This document shows, in pieces, positions 35,935 to 47,400 of a DNA stretch of 64,000 nucleotides (the stretch's first letter is position 1; every line of letters starts with the position of its first letter). The translations under genes were made by a program, and so were the position numbers. The notes beneath the pieces were generated by a model. The model did not search any database. It worked only from the letters and a program-made list of their open reading frames with translations, and had not been told where the DNA came from. This stretch comes from Mobula hypostoma (taxonomy: Eukaryota), in contig NC_086110.1 of NCBI RefSeq assembly GCF_963921235.1, forward strand, positions 13,330,001 through 13,394,000. The letters are read 5' to 3'.

Positions 35935-36567
35935 CTGAGACACTGATGATCTCTGTCAAGTAGGGTACCGTGCACAATCCTGATCTGATGGAGGCAGACG
36001 TGAGAGTACGGAGGAATATCTGGTGAAACTTCTGAAATACCTGTATCGCTGCCGCTGCTGCTGTAGGACACAGAATCTCCAGAGGGGAGGGCCCCGAGTC
36101 CTCAACTTTGCTTGTTACTAGGCGGCTGGGGCCGGATGGAAGCGCTTGGCAGCGATGGTGCTCGGTGCTCGGTGTCGGAGGGCTGATCGGAGGCTCGAAG
36201 TTTTCGGATGGACTCAGAGACGGCTGTGGTCAGGTGCTGCCAGTGTGCTGCATCGGCAAGTTTGCAGCGCTGGAAGTTCATTGGAGGGAGAGTTTTTCCC
36301 TTCTACCGTCTGCGTGAGATGATGGGCTATAGGGACTTTGAAACTTTTTTTTACCGTTCCCATAGTCTGCTCTTTATCAAATTACGGTATTGCTTTGCAC
36401 TGTTATAACCATATGTAATAATTATGTGGCTTGTGTCAGTTTTAGTCTTGGTCTGTCCTGTGTTGCTGTGATATCATACTGGAGGAACATTGTATCATTT
36501 CTAATACATGCATTTCTAAATGACAATGAACAAGGACTGAGTGTCCTTATAATCTAATCTAATCTAA
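35935..36567 (+). mobile_element. Non-coding retroposon with (AATCT)n tail; truncated second copy at ~35070-35170
   Basis: Shares ctgtcaagtagg..ccgtgcacaat.ctgat.tgatggaggcagacgtgagag.acggaggaa with 35070-35170 and ends taatctaatctaatctaaaaaa. A similar tail occupies window positions 25-56. Confidence 0.55.
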
Positions 36568-36763
36568 AAAAGAACAAGCCCATGTGGTATATTTCCAGGA
36601 AACTCAGTTAACGGATAATGAGCATGGAAAATTAAAGAGAATGGACTTCACTAATTTGTTCTTCTCCTCATATAAATCAGGACATTGAAGAGGAGTTGCT
36701 ATTCTCATCTCAAGTTAGCTAAATTTTGAAAAGGTATTCGATATGGGAGATAAGGAGGGCAGA

Positions 36764-38019
36764 TATAGAAACATAGAAACATAGAAAATAGGTGCAGGAG
36801 TAGGCCATTCGGCCCTTCGAGCCTGCACCGCCATTTATTATGATCATGGCTGATCATCCAACTCAGAACCCAGCCTTCCCTCCATACCCCCTGACCCCTG
36901 TAGCCACAAGGGCCATATCTAACTTCCTTTTAAACATAGCTAATGAACTGGCCTCAACAGTTTGCTGTGGCAGAGAATTCCACAGATTCACCACTCTCTG
37001 TGTGAAGAAGTTTTTCCTAACCTCGGTCCTAAAAGGCTTCCCCTCTATCCTCAAACTGTGACCCCTCGTTCTAGACCTCCCCAACATCGGGAACAATCTT
37101 CCTGCATCTAGCCTGTCCAATCCCTTTAGGATCTTATACGTTTCAATCAGATCCCCCCTCAATCTTCTAAATTCCAACGAGTACAAGCCCAGTTCATCCA
37201 GTCTTTCTTCATATGAAAGACCTGCCATCCCAGGAATCAATCTGGTGAACCTTCTTTGTACTCCCTCTATGGCAAAGATGTCTTTCCTCAGATTAGGGGA
37301 CCAAAACTGCACACAATACTCCAGGTGTGGTCTCACCAAGGCCTTGTACAACTGCAGTAGTACCTCCCTGCTCCTGTACTCGAATCCTCTCGCTATAAAT
37401 GCCAGCATACCGTTCGCCTTTTTCACCGCCTGCTGTACCTGCATGCCCACTTTCAATGACTGGTGTATAATGACACCCAGGTCTCGTTGCACCTCCCCTT
37501 TTCCTAATCGGCCACCATTCAGATAATAATCTGTTTTCCTATTTTTGCCACCAAAGTGGATAACTTCACATTTATCCACATTAAATTGCATCTGCCATGA
37601 GTTTGCCCACTCACCCAACCTATCCAAGTCACCCTGCATCCTCTTAGCATCCTCCTCACTGCTAACACTGCCACCCAGCTTCGTGTCATCCGCAAACTTG
37701 GAGATGCTGCATTTAATTCCCTCATCCAAGTCATTAATATATATTGTAAACAACTGGGGTCCCAGCACTGAGCCTTGCGGTACCCCACTAGTCACCGCCT
37801 GCCATTCTGAAAAGGTCCCGTTTATTCCCACTCTTTGCTTCATGTCTGCTAACCAATTCTCCACCCACACCAATACCTTACCCCCAATACCGTGTGCTTT
37901 AAGTTTGCACACTAATCTCCTATGTGGGACCTTGTCAAAAGCCTTTTGAAAATCCAAATATACCACATCCACTGGTTCTCCCCTATCCACTCTACTAGTT
38001 ACATCCTCAAAAAATTCTA
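36764..38019 (-). mobile_element. Young 5'-truncated CR1 LINE (uninterrupted 375-aa RT ORF)
   Basis: VVYLDFQKAFDKVPH..GVPQGSVLGP..KFADDTK..RKNFFTQRVVNLWNSLP with no stops. (TTTCTATG)n tail. Same family as 1592-2135. Confidence 0.95.
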
Positions 38020-39759
38020 TATTGTGGTAAGGGGGAATATAGATGGAAATGCAGTTACTTTATTGAATATATATGCACCCCGAGGAAGTGATATTAGGTT
38101 CTTCCAGAAAATTAGTAATATTATGCTAACAGAAACAGAAGGTCTCTTGATCTGTGGCGGAGACATAAATTTACAATTACAACCAAAGTTAGACTCTTCC
38201 AACAGAAAAAAGTTATGAAACTAAGTCCTTACATAAGAAAGATAACAATCTTTTTGAGAATGTTGGTCTAATTGATATATGGAGGGACCTCTTCCCCGAC
38301 AGAAGGGATTGCACTCATTATTCTGCCGTCCCATTCCATATATACAAGGATAGACTATTTCATAACATTAGGAAAAGATATAGACTAAATAAGTACCTGT
38401 GGAATTGGGACAATAGATGTAAGGGACCATGCACCTATATATTTATCTGTTGATTTTGACGTACAACCAAAGAATACTATTTGCAAACTAAATTCAAGTC
38501 TACTCAATGATCCCCATTTCAGGGAACAAATCAAAAAAGAAACTGGTCTTTACTTAGAATTCAGTGATAATGGAGAGGCTTCTCCTCCCATTCTATGGGA
38601 TACTCTGAAGCCTGTCTTAAGAGGGAAAATTTCAGCGATATCTTCATATAAAGGAAAAATAAGGAATAAATCATCAGAGGAATTACAAAATAAGCTGAAG
38701 GATCAAGGAAAACACAAATTGAGTTTGGCACAGGATACACTGCAGGAAATTTTTAAAAATGGAATGAAATTAATAGTTTGGTTACACAAGAAATTAGAAA
38801 AAAATAATCTTTATGAAACAGAAACACTATGAAAGTGGATCAAAATCAATGAAAATACTGGCGTGGAAACAGAAAAAAAAAAGATAACGGAAAATACTCA
38901 AAACTCTATATTCCAAAGTTCCAGGGGGAAGTATAACCCAAATTGACACCTTCCTGAATTCTTTAGAGCTACCCACTTTAAGTAAAGAACGGAATAGAAC
39001 GATGACTGTTACCATAACTGAAGCTGAACTAAGAACTACAATTAGTAGGCTAAAATTAAGAAAGTCACCAGGATCAGAGGGGTATACGGCAGAGTGGTAT
39101 AAAGAGTTTAGAAGTGAATTAATTACCATTTAACTCCCCACACTGAACAGGACCCTAAGAAAGGTGCAAATGCCACGCATCTGGAAGGAGGTGATAATCT
39201 CAGCTATATCGAAAGAATGTCATAAGATGGTGGCTGAGAACGAACCCAAGTGAAAGACACAGACACTGAAGTATTAGGGACATGACTAGGATACAGGCTG
39301 ATGGCAAGGACACGGACACGAAAACCAGGAACCTGGAATAGAACTGCACAAGGGAGCTAGGAGCCCGAGCTTGGACTCCGAGCCAGAAACTGGACAAGGA
39401 ACCAGTACCTGAGTCTTTCCTCAGGCCTGGACCCCAGAACCAGGCAAGGACGAAGCTTGGCAGGCAGGCAGGATGAGGTTGCAGTCTTAGAGACTTGAGG
39501 CGAGGCTTGGCAGGAGGCAGGAGACTTCACTCGAGGCTTGGCAGGGGGCGTGGACCGAGCCAGAGAGTGGACAAGCATCCAGTACCTGGGTCCTGCCTCT
39601 GGCTCGGACCCCAAAACGAGGCAAGGACCAGGCTTAGCTAGCAGGCAGGACGAAGCTGGAGTCTTAGAGACTTGAGGCAAGGCTTGGCAGGAGGCAGAAG
39701 ACTCGAGGCGAGGCTTGGCAGGAGGCTAGAGGCGTGAGGCGAGGCTTGGCTGGAGGCTA

Positions 39760-40390
39760 GAGACTTGAGGCTAGGCAGGAGGCTGCAGTCTTCAAGCTTG
39801 AGGATAGGCAGAAGGCTGCAGTCTTCGGGCTTGAGGATGGGCAGAAGGCTGAAGTCTTCGGGCCTGAGGCTAGGCAGGAGACTGAAGTCTTCAGGCTTGA
39901 GGCTAGGAAGGAGGCTGGATTCTACAGGCTTGAAGATAGGCAGGAGGCTGCAGTCTTCAGGCTTGAGGATAGGCAGGAGACTGGAGACTTCAGTCTTGAG
40001 ACTAGGCAGGAGGCTGCAGTCTTCATGCTTGAGGCTAGGCAGGAGACTGGAGACTTCAGTCTTGAGACTAGGCAGGAGGCTGCAGTCTTCATGCTTGAGG
40101 CTAGGCAGGAGACTGGAGTCTTCAAACTTGAGGCTATGCCGGAAGCTGCAGTCTTCAGGCTTGAGGCTAGGCAGGAGGCTGCAGTCTTCATGCTTGAGGC
40201 TATGTCGGAGGCTACAGTCTTCAGGCTTGAGACTAGGCAGGAGGCTGCAGTCTTCAGGCTTGAGGCTAGGCAGGAGACTGGAGACTTCAGGCTTGAGACT
40301 AGGCAGGAGGCTGCAGTCTTCATGCTTGAGGCTAGGCAGGAAGCTGGAGACTTCAAGCTTGAGGCTAGGCAGGAGGATGGAGTCTTCATG
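39760..40390. repeat. 33-bp minisatellite in the U5 of array LTR1 (variable copy number in every LTR)
   Basis: Consensus AGGCTTGAGGCTAGGCAGGAGGCTGCAGTCTTC. It gives the 11-aa periodic ORFs (RLEARQEAAVF)n. Other blocks lie at ~41740-42130, 43370-43700, 45070-45480, 46845-47510, 48500-48900 and 50175-50720. Confidence 0.95.
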
Positions 40391-41252
40391 CTTGAGAGTA
40401 TCTTAGCTCCTCCGGGGCAGTGCGCGGTACTCCTGGGCAGGGCGCGGTTCAGCACCCGACGGAGGCATAGAAGAGGAAGGGACAGAACCAACCGCAGGTA
40501 ACGGCGACACGGCCTGGCTTACCCGACGGAGGTAAAGGACAGGAAGGGACAGAAGCAACCGCAGGTAACGGCAAGACCGGTGTGGAGGCAAGGGACAGGA
40601 AGGGGGGCAAGGTACATGATGGCTGCATGACAAGACTGCAGGCGAGACGAGGCTAGAGGTACCAGCAAGAAAAGGTAAGGCTTCAGGCAATGCAAGAAGA
40701 GACGGAAAATTCAGGCGAGCAGAGAGTTACCAGCAAGACAAGGCAGTGCTTCAGGCGAGGAAACAAGAGGGCCTGGTTTACTTGTCCGGAGGCAAGGAGC
40801 AGGAAGGGAGCTAGGTACAGGGTGGCTCCAGGACAAGACTGCAGGCGAGACGAGGCGAGAGTTACCAGCAAGACAAGGCAAGGCGTCAGGCAATGCAAGA
40901 CTAGACGAGAACTTCAGGTGAGGGGAGAGTTACCGGCAAGACAAGGCAAGTCTTCTGGCAAAGCAAGGCGAGACGGGAACTTCAGGCGAGCCGAGAGTTA
41001 CCGGCAAGACAAGGCAGGGCTTCAGACGAGGAAACAAGAGGCAGAGCGAGGGATACAAGAAGCAGGACAAGAACAATCCAGCCGCCACGCCCTGGTCTCT
41101 GAAGGTATTTATGCAGGCTGCCCCAACCTGCATCAGCTGACTCAATTAGAGCTCAACAAGAACAGCAACAGGGTAGACAGGAAAACCTGGAGCAAGGATC
41201 GATGGACCGGACAGTGAAATGGAATACGGACTTAACGGACAGGACAATGTCA

Positions 41253-41424
41253 GTACCACCCACCCCACCCCACGCCTCAACGGGAGCCTCGGGCGACCAA
41301 ACATGGTATCCAGACTATCGACTACCCGGGCGGGTGGGAGGGTATTGAACCAAAAGGAAACCCATGTGGCAAGAGGAAAACGACAGTGTCTTTGTCCCTG
41401 GGTCCATGGTTGGGTGGATTGTTC
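41253..41424 (-). other. Mini internal domain: self-priming PBS, gag-like start, chromovirus 3' end, PPT
   Basis: Minus strand: GAACAATCCACCCAACC-ATGGACCCAGGG (30-codon ORF MDPGTKTL..)..GGTCGCCCGAGGCTCCCGTTGAGG-CGTGGGGTGGGGTGGGTGGTAC|TGACA. Confidence 0.8.
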
Positions 41425-44400
41425 TGTCATATGGTGGTGGCTGGGAGCGGACCCAAGTGCAAGACACAGACACTGAAGTACTAGGGACAGGACAAGGATG
41501 CAGGCTCATGGCAAGGACATGGACACGAAAACCAGGAACCTGGAACATCACTGGACAAGAGAGCTAGGAGCCCGGGCTTGGACTCCGAGCCAGAGACTGG
41601 ACAAGAAACCAGGAGGGTCTTGCCTCTGGCTGGAACCCCAGAACCAGGCAAGGACGAGGCTTGGCTGGCAAGCAGGACAAGGCTGGAAACTTAGAGACTT
41701 GAGGCGAGGCTTGGCAGTTGGCTCGAGACTTGAGGCTTGAGGGTAGGCAGGAGGCTGCAGTCTTCAGGCTTGAGGCCAGGAAGGAGGCTGGAGTCTTCAG
41801 GATTGAGGGTAGGCAGGAGAATGTAGTGTCCAGGCTTTAGGCTAGGAAGGAGGCTGGAGTCTTCACGCTTGAGGATAGGCAAGAGGCTGCAGTGCTCAGG
41901 CTTGAGGCTAGGAAGGAGGCTGCAGTCTTGAGGCTTGAGACTAAGCAGGAGGATGGAGTATCAGGCTTGAGGCTAGGCAGGAAGATGGAGTCTTCAGGCT
42001 TGAGACTAAGCAGGAGGATGGAGTATCAGGCTTGAGGCTAGGCAGGAGGCTGGAGTCTTCAGGCTTGAGGCTAGGCAGGAGGCTGGAGACTTCAGACTTG
42101 AGGCAAGGCAGGAGGCTGGAGTGTTCAGGCTTGAGGGTAGCTGAGCTCCTCCGAAGCAGGGCGCGGTACTCCTGGGCAGGGCGCGGCTCACCTGGGCAGA
42201 GCGCGGATCACCTTGTCAGGGCGCTGTCCTCCTGTGCAGGGCGCGGTACCCCTGGGCACTGCGCCGTTCACCACCAGATGGAGGCATGGGACAGGTTGGG
42301 ACAGAACCAACCGCAGTTAACGGCGAGACGGCTTGGCTTACCCGACGGAGGCAAGGGATAGATAGGAAGGGACGTAACCAACCGCAGGTAACGGCAAGAG
42401 GGCCTGGTTTACTTGTGCGGAGGCAAGGGGCAGGAAGGGAGCTAGGTACAGGGTGGCTCCAGGACAAGACTGCAGGCGAGACGAGGCGAGAGTTACCAGC
42501 AAGACAAGGCAATGCTTCAGGCAATGAAAGACTAGACGAGAACTTCAGGTGAGGGGAGAGTTACCGGGAAGACAAAGCAAGGCTTCTGGCAAAGCAAGGC
42601 GCGAATGGAACTTCAGGCGAGCCGCGAGTTACCGGCAAGGCAAGGCAAGACTTCAGGCGAGGAAACAAGAGGCAGAGGAAGGGATTCAAGAAGCAGGACA
42701 AGAACAATCCAACCGCCATGCCCTGGACTCTGAAGGTATTTATGCAGGCTGCCCCAACCTGCATCAGCTGACTCAATTAGAGCTCAACAAGAACAGCAAC
42801 AGGGTAGACAGGAAAACCTGGAGCAAGGATCGATGGACCGGACAGTGAAATGGAATACGGACTTAACGGACAGGACAATGTCAGTACCACCCACCCCACC
42901 CCACGCCTCAACGGGAGCCTCGGGCGACCAAACATGGTATCCAGACTATCGACTACCCGGGCGGGTGGGAGGGTATTGAACCAAAAGGAAACCCGTGTGG
43001 CAAGAGGAAAACGACAGTGTCTTTGTCCCTGGGTCCATGGTTGGGTGGATTGTTCTGTCATATGGTGGTGGCTGGGAGCGGACCCAAGTGCAAGACACAG
43101 ACACTGAAGTACTAGGGACAGGACAAGGATGCAGGCTCATGGCAAGGACATGGACACGAAAACCAGGAACCTGGAACATCACTGGACAAGAGAGCTAGGA
43201 GCCCGGGCTTGGACTCCGAGCCAGAGACTGGACAAGAAACCAGGAGGGTCTTGCCTCTGGCTGGAACCCCAGAACCAGGCAAGGACGAGGCTTGGCTGGC
43301 AAGCAGGACAAGGCTGGAAACTTAGAGACTTGAGGCGAGGCTTGGCAGTTGGCTCGAGACTTGAGGCTTGAGGGTAGGCAGGAGGCTGCAGTCTTCAGGC
43401 TTGAGGCCAGGAAGGAGGCTGGAGTCTTCAGGATTGAGGGTAGGCAGGAGAATGTAGTGTCCAGGCTTTAGGCTAGGAAGGAGGCTGGAGTCTTCACGCT
43501 TGAGGATAGGCAAGAGGCTGCAGTGCTCAGGCTTGAGGCTAGGAAGGAGGCTGCAGTCTTGAGGCTTGAGACTAAGCAGGAGGATGGAGTATCAGGCTTG
43601 AGGCTAGGCAGGAGGCTGGAGTCTTCAGGCTTGAGGCTAGGCAGGAGGCTGGAGACTTCAGACTTGAGGCAAGGCAGGAGGCTGGAGTGTTCAGGCTTGA
43701 GGGTAGCTGAGCTCCTCCGAAGCAGGGCGCGGTACTCCTGGGCAGGGCGCGGCTCACCTGGGCAGAGCGCGGATCACCTTGTCAGGGCGCTGTCCTCCTG
43801 TGCAGGGCGCGGTACCCCTGGGCACTGCGCCGTTCACCACCAGATGGAGGCATGGGACAGGTTGGGACAGAACCAACCGCAGTTAACGGCGAGACGGCTT
43901 GGCTTACCCGACGGAGGCAAGGGATAGATAGGAAGGGACGTAACCAACCGCAGGTAACGGCAAGAGGGCCTGGTTTACTTGTGCGGAGGCAAGGGGCAGG
44001 AAAGGATCTAGGTACAGGGTGGCTCCAGGACAAGACTGCAGGCGAGACGAGGCGAGAGTTACCAGCAAGACAAGGCAATGCTTCAGGCAATGAAAGACTA
44101 GACGAGAACTTCAGGTGAGGGGAGAGTTACCGGGAAGACAAAGCAAGGCTTCTGGCAAAGCAAGGCGCGAATGGAACTTCAGGCGAGCCGAGAGTTACCG
44201 GCAAGGCAAGGCAAGACTTCAAGCGAGGAAACAAGAGGCAGAGGAAGGGATTCAAGAAGCAGGACAAGAACAATCCAACCGCCATGCCCTGGACTCTGCA
44301 GGTATTTATGCAGACAGCCCCAACCAGCATCAGCTGACTCAATTACAGCTCAACAAGAACAGCAACAGGGTAGACAGGAAAACCTGGAGCAAGGATCGAT

Positions 44401-47400
44401 GGACCGGACCGTGAAGTGGATTACGGACTGAACGGACAGGACCATGTCAGTACCACCCACCACACCCCACGCCTCAACGGGAGCCTCGGGCGACCAAACA
44501 TGGTATCCAGACTATGGACTACCCTATTGAACCGAAAGGAAACCCGGGTGGCAAGAGGAAAACGACAGTGTCTTTGTCCCTGGGTCCATGGTGGGGGTGG
44601 ATTGTTCTGTCATATGGTGGAGGCTGGGAGCGGACCCAAGTGCAAGACACAGACACTGAAGTACAAGGGACAGGACTAGGATGCAGGCTGATGGCAAGGA
44701 CATGGACATGAGAACCAGGAACCTGGAACAGGTCTGGGCAATAGAGCTAGGAGCCCGGGCTTGGACTCCAAGCCAGAGACTGGACAAGAAACCAGGAGGG
44801 TCTTGCCTCTGGCTCGAACCCCAGAACCAGGCAAGGACGAGGCTTTGCTGGCAAGCAGGACAAGGCTGGAAACTTAGAGACTTGAGGCGAGGCTTGGCAG
44901 GATGCAGGAGACTTGAGACGCGGCTTGGTAGGATGAAGTCGACTTGAGGCGAAGCTTGGCAGGAGGCAGGAGACTTGACACGAGGCTTGGCAGGAGGCAG
45001 GAGACTTGACACGCGGCTTGGCAGGAGGCAGGAGACTTGAGGCGAGGCTTGGCAGTTGGCTCGAGATTTGAGGCTTGAGGGTAGGCAGGAGGCTGCAGTC
45101 TTCATGCTTGAGGCCAGGAAGGAGGCTGGAGTCTTCAGGCTTGAGGACAGGCAGGAGGCTGCAGTGTTCAGGTTTGAGGCTAGGAATGAGGCTGGAGTCT
45201 TCAGGCTTGAGGGTAGGCAGGAGGCTGGAGCCTTCAGATTTGAGACTAGGCAGGAGAATGGAGTGTTCAGGCTTCAGGCTAGGAAGGAGGCTGGAGTCCT
45301 CACGCTTGAGGATAGGCAGGAGGCTCCATTCTTCAGGCTTCAGGATAGGCAGGAGGCTGGAGCCTTCAGGTTTGAGGCTAGACAGGAGGCTGCAGTGTTC
45401 AGGTTTGAGGCTAGGAAGGAGGCTGCAGTCTTCAGGCTTGAGGCTAGGCAGGAGGCTGGAGTCTTCAGGATTGAGGGTAGCTGAGCTCCTCCGATGCAGG
45501 GCGCGGTACTCCTGGGCAGGGCGCGGCTCACCTGGGCAGAGCGCGGATCACCTTGTCAGGGCGCTGTCCTCCTGTGCAGGGCGCGGTACCCCTGGGCAGT
45601 GCGCCGTTCACCACCAGATGGAGGCATGGGACAGGTTGGGACAGAACCAACCGCAGTTAACGGCGAGACGGCTTGGCTTACCCGACGGAGGCAAGGGATA
45701 GATAGGAAGGGACGTAACCAAACCGTAGGTAACGGCAAGAGGGCCTGGTTTACTTGTGCGGAGGCAAGGGGCAGGAAGGGAGCTAGGTACAGGGTGGCTC
45801 CAGGACAAGACTGCAGGCGAGACGAGGCGAGAGTTACCAGCAAGACAAGGCAATGCTTCAGGCAATGCAAGACTAGACGAGAACTTCAGGTGAGGGGAGA
45901 GTTACCGGGAAGACAAAGCAAGGCTTCTGCCAAAGCAAGGCGCGAATGGAACTTCAGGCGAGCCGAGAGTTACCGGCAAGACAAGGCAAGACTTCAGGCG
46001 AGGAAACAAGAGGCAGAGGAAGGGATTCAAGAAGCAGGACAAGAAGAATCCAACCGCCATGCCCTGGACTCTGAAGGTATTTATGCAGGCAGCCCCAACC
46101 AGCTTCAGCTGACTCAATTACAGCTCAACAAGAACAGCAACAGGGTAGACAGGAAAACCTGGAGCAAGGATCGATGGACCGGACCGTGAAATGGATTACG
46201 GACTGAACGGACAGGACAATGTCAGTACCACCCACCACACCCCAAGCCTCAACGGGAGCCTCGGGCGACCAAACATGGTATCCAGACTATGGACTACCCT
46301 ATTGAACCGAAAGGAAACCCGGGTGGCAAGCGGAAAACGACAGTGTCTTTGTCCCTGGGTCCATGGTTGGGTGGATTGTTCTGTCACATGGTGGAGGCTG
46401 GGAGCGGACCCAAGTGTAAGACACAGACACTGAAGTACAAGGGACAGGACTAGGATGCAGGCTGATGGCTAGGACATGGACACGAGAACCAGGAACCTGG
46501 AACAGGTTCTGGACAAGAGAGCTAGGAGCCCGGGCTTGGACTCCGAGCCAGAGACTGGACAAGAAACCAGGAGGGTCTTGCCTCTGGCTCGAACCCCAGA
46601 ACCAGGCAAGGACGAGGCTTTGCTGGCAAGCAGGACAAGACTGGAAACTTAGAGACTTGAGGCGAGGCTTGGCAGGATGCAGGAGACTTGAGACGAGGCT
46701 TGGTAGGATGAAGTCGACTTGAGGCGAAGCTTGGCAGGAGGCAGGAGACTTGACACGAGGCTTGGCAGGAGGCAGGAGACTTGACACGCGGCTTGGCAGG
46801 AGGCAGGAGACTTGAGGCGAGGCTTGGCAGTTGGCTCGAGACTTGAGGCTTGAGGGTAGGCAGGAGGCTGCAGTCTTCAGGCTTGAGGCCAGGAAGGAGG
46901 CTGGAGTCTTCAGGCTTGAGGATAGGCAGGAGGCTGCAGTGCTCAGGTTTGAGGCTAGGAAGGAGGCTGGAGTCTTCAGGCTTGAGGGTAGGCAGGAGGC
47001 TCCATTCTGCAGGCTTGAGGCCAGGAAGGAGGCTGGAGCCTTCAGATTTGAGACTAGGCAGGAGAATGGAGTGTTCAGGCTTCAGGCTAGGAAGGAGGCT
47101 GGAGTCTTCACGCTTGAGGATAGGCAGGAGGCTCCATTCTTCAGGCTTCAGGATAGGCAGGAGGCTGGAGCCTTCAGGTTTGAGGCTAGACAGGAGGCTG
47201 CAGTTTTCAGGTTTGAGGCTAGGAAGCAGGCTGGAGTCTTCAGGTTTGAGGGTAGGCAGAAGGCTGCAGTCTTCAGGCTTGAGGATAGGCAGGAGTCTGG
47301 AGCCTTCAGATTTGAGGCTAGGCAGGAGAATGGAGTGTTCAGGCTTCAGGCTAGGAAGGAGGCTGGAGTCTTCACGCTTGAGGATAGGCAAGAGGCTACA

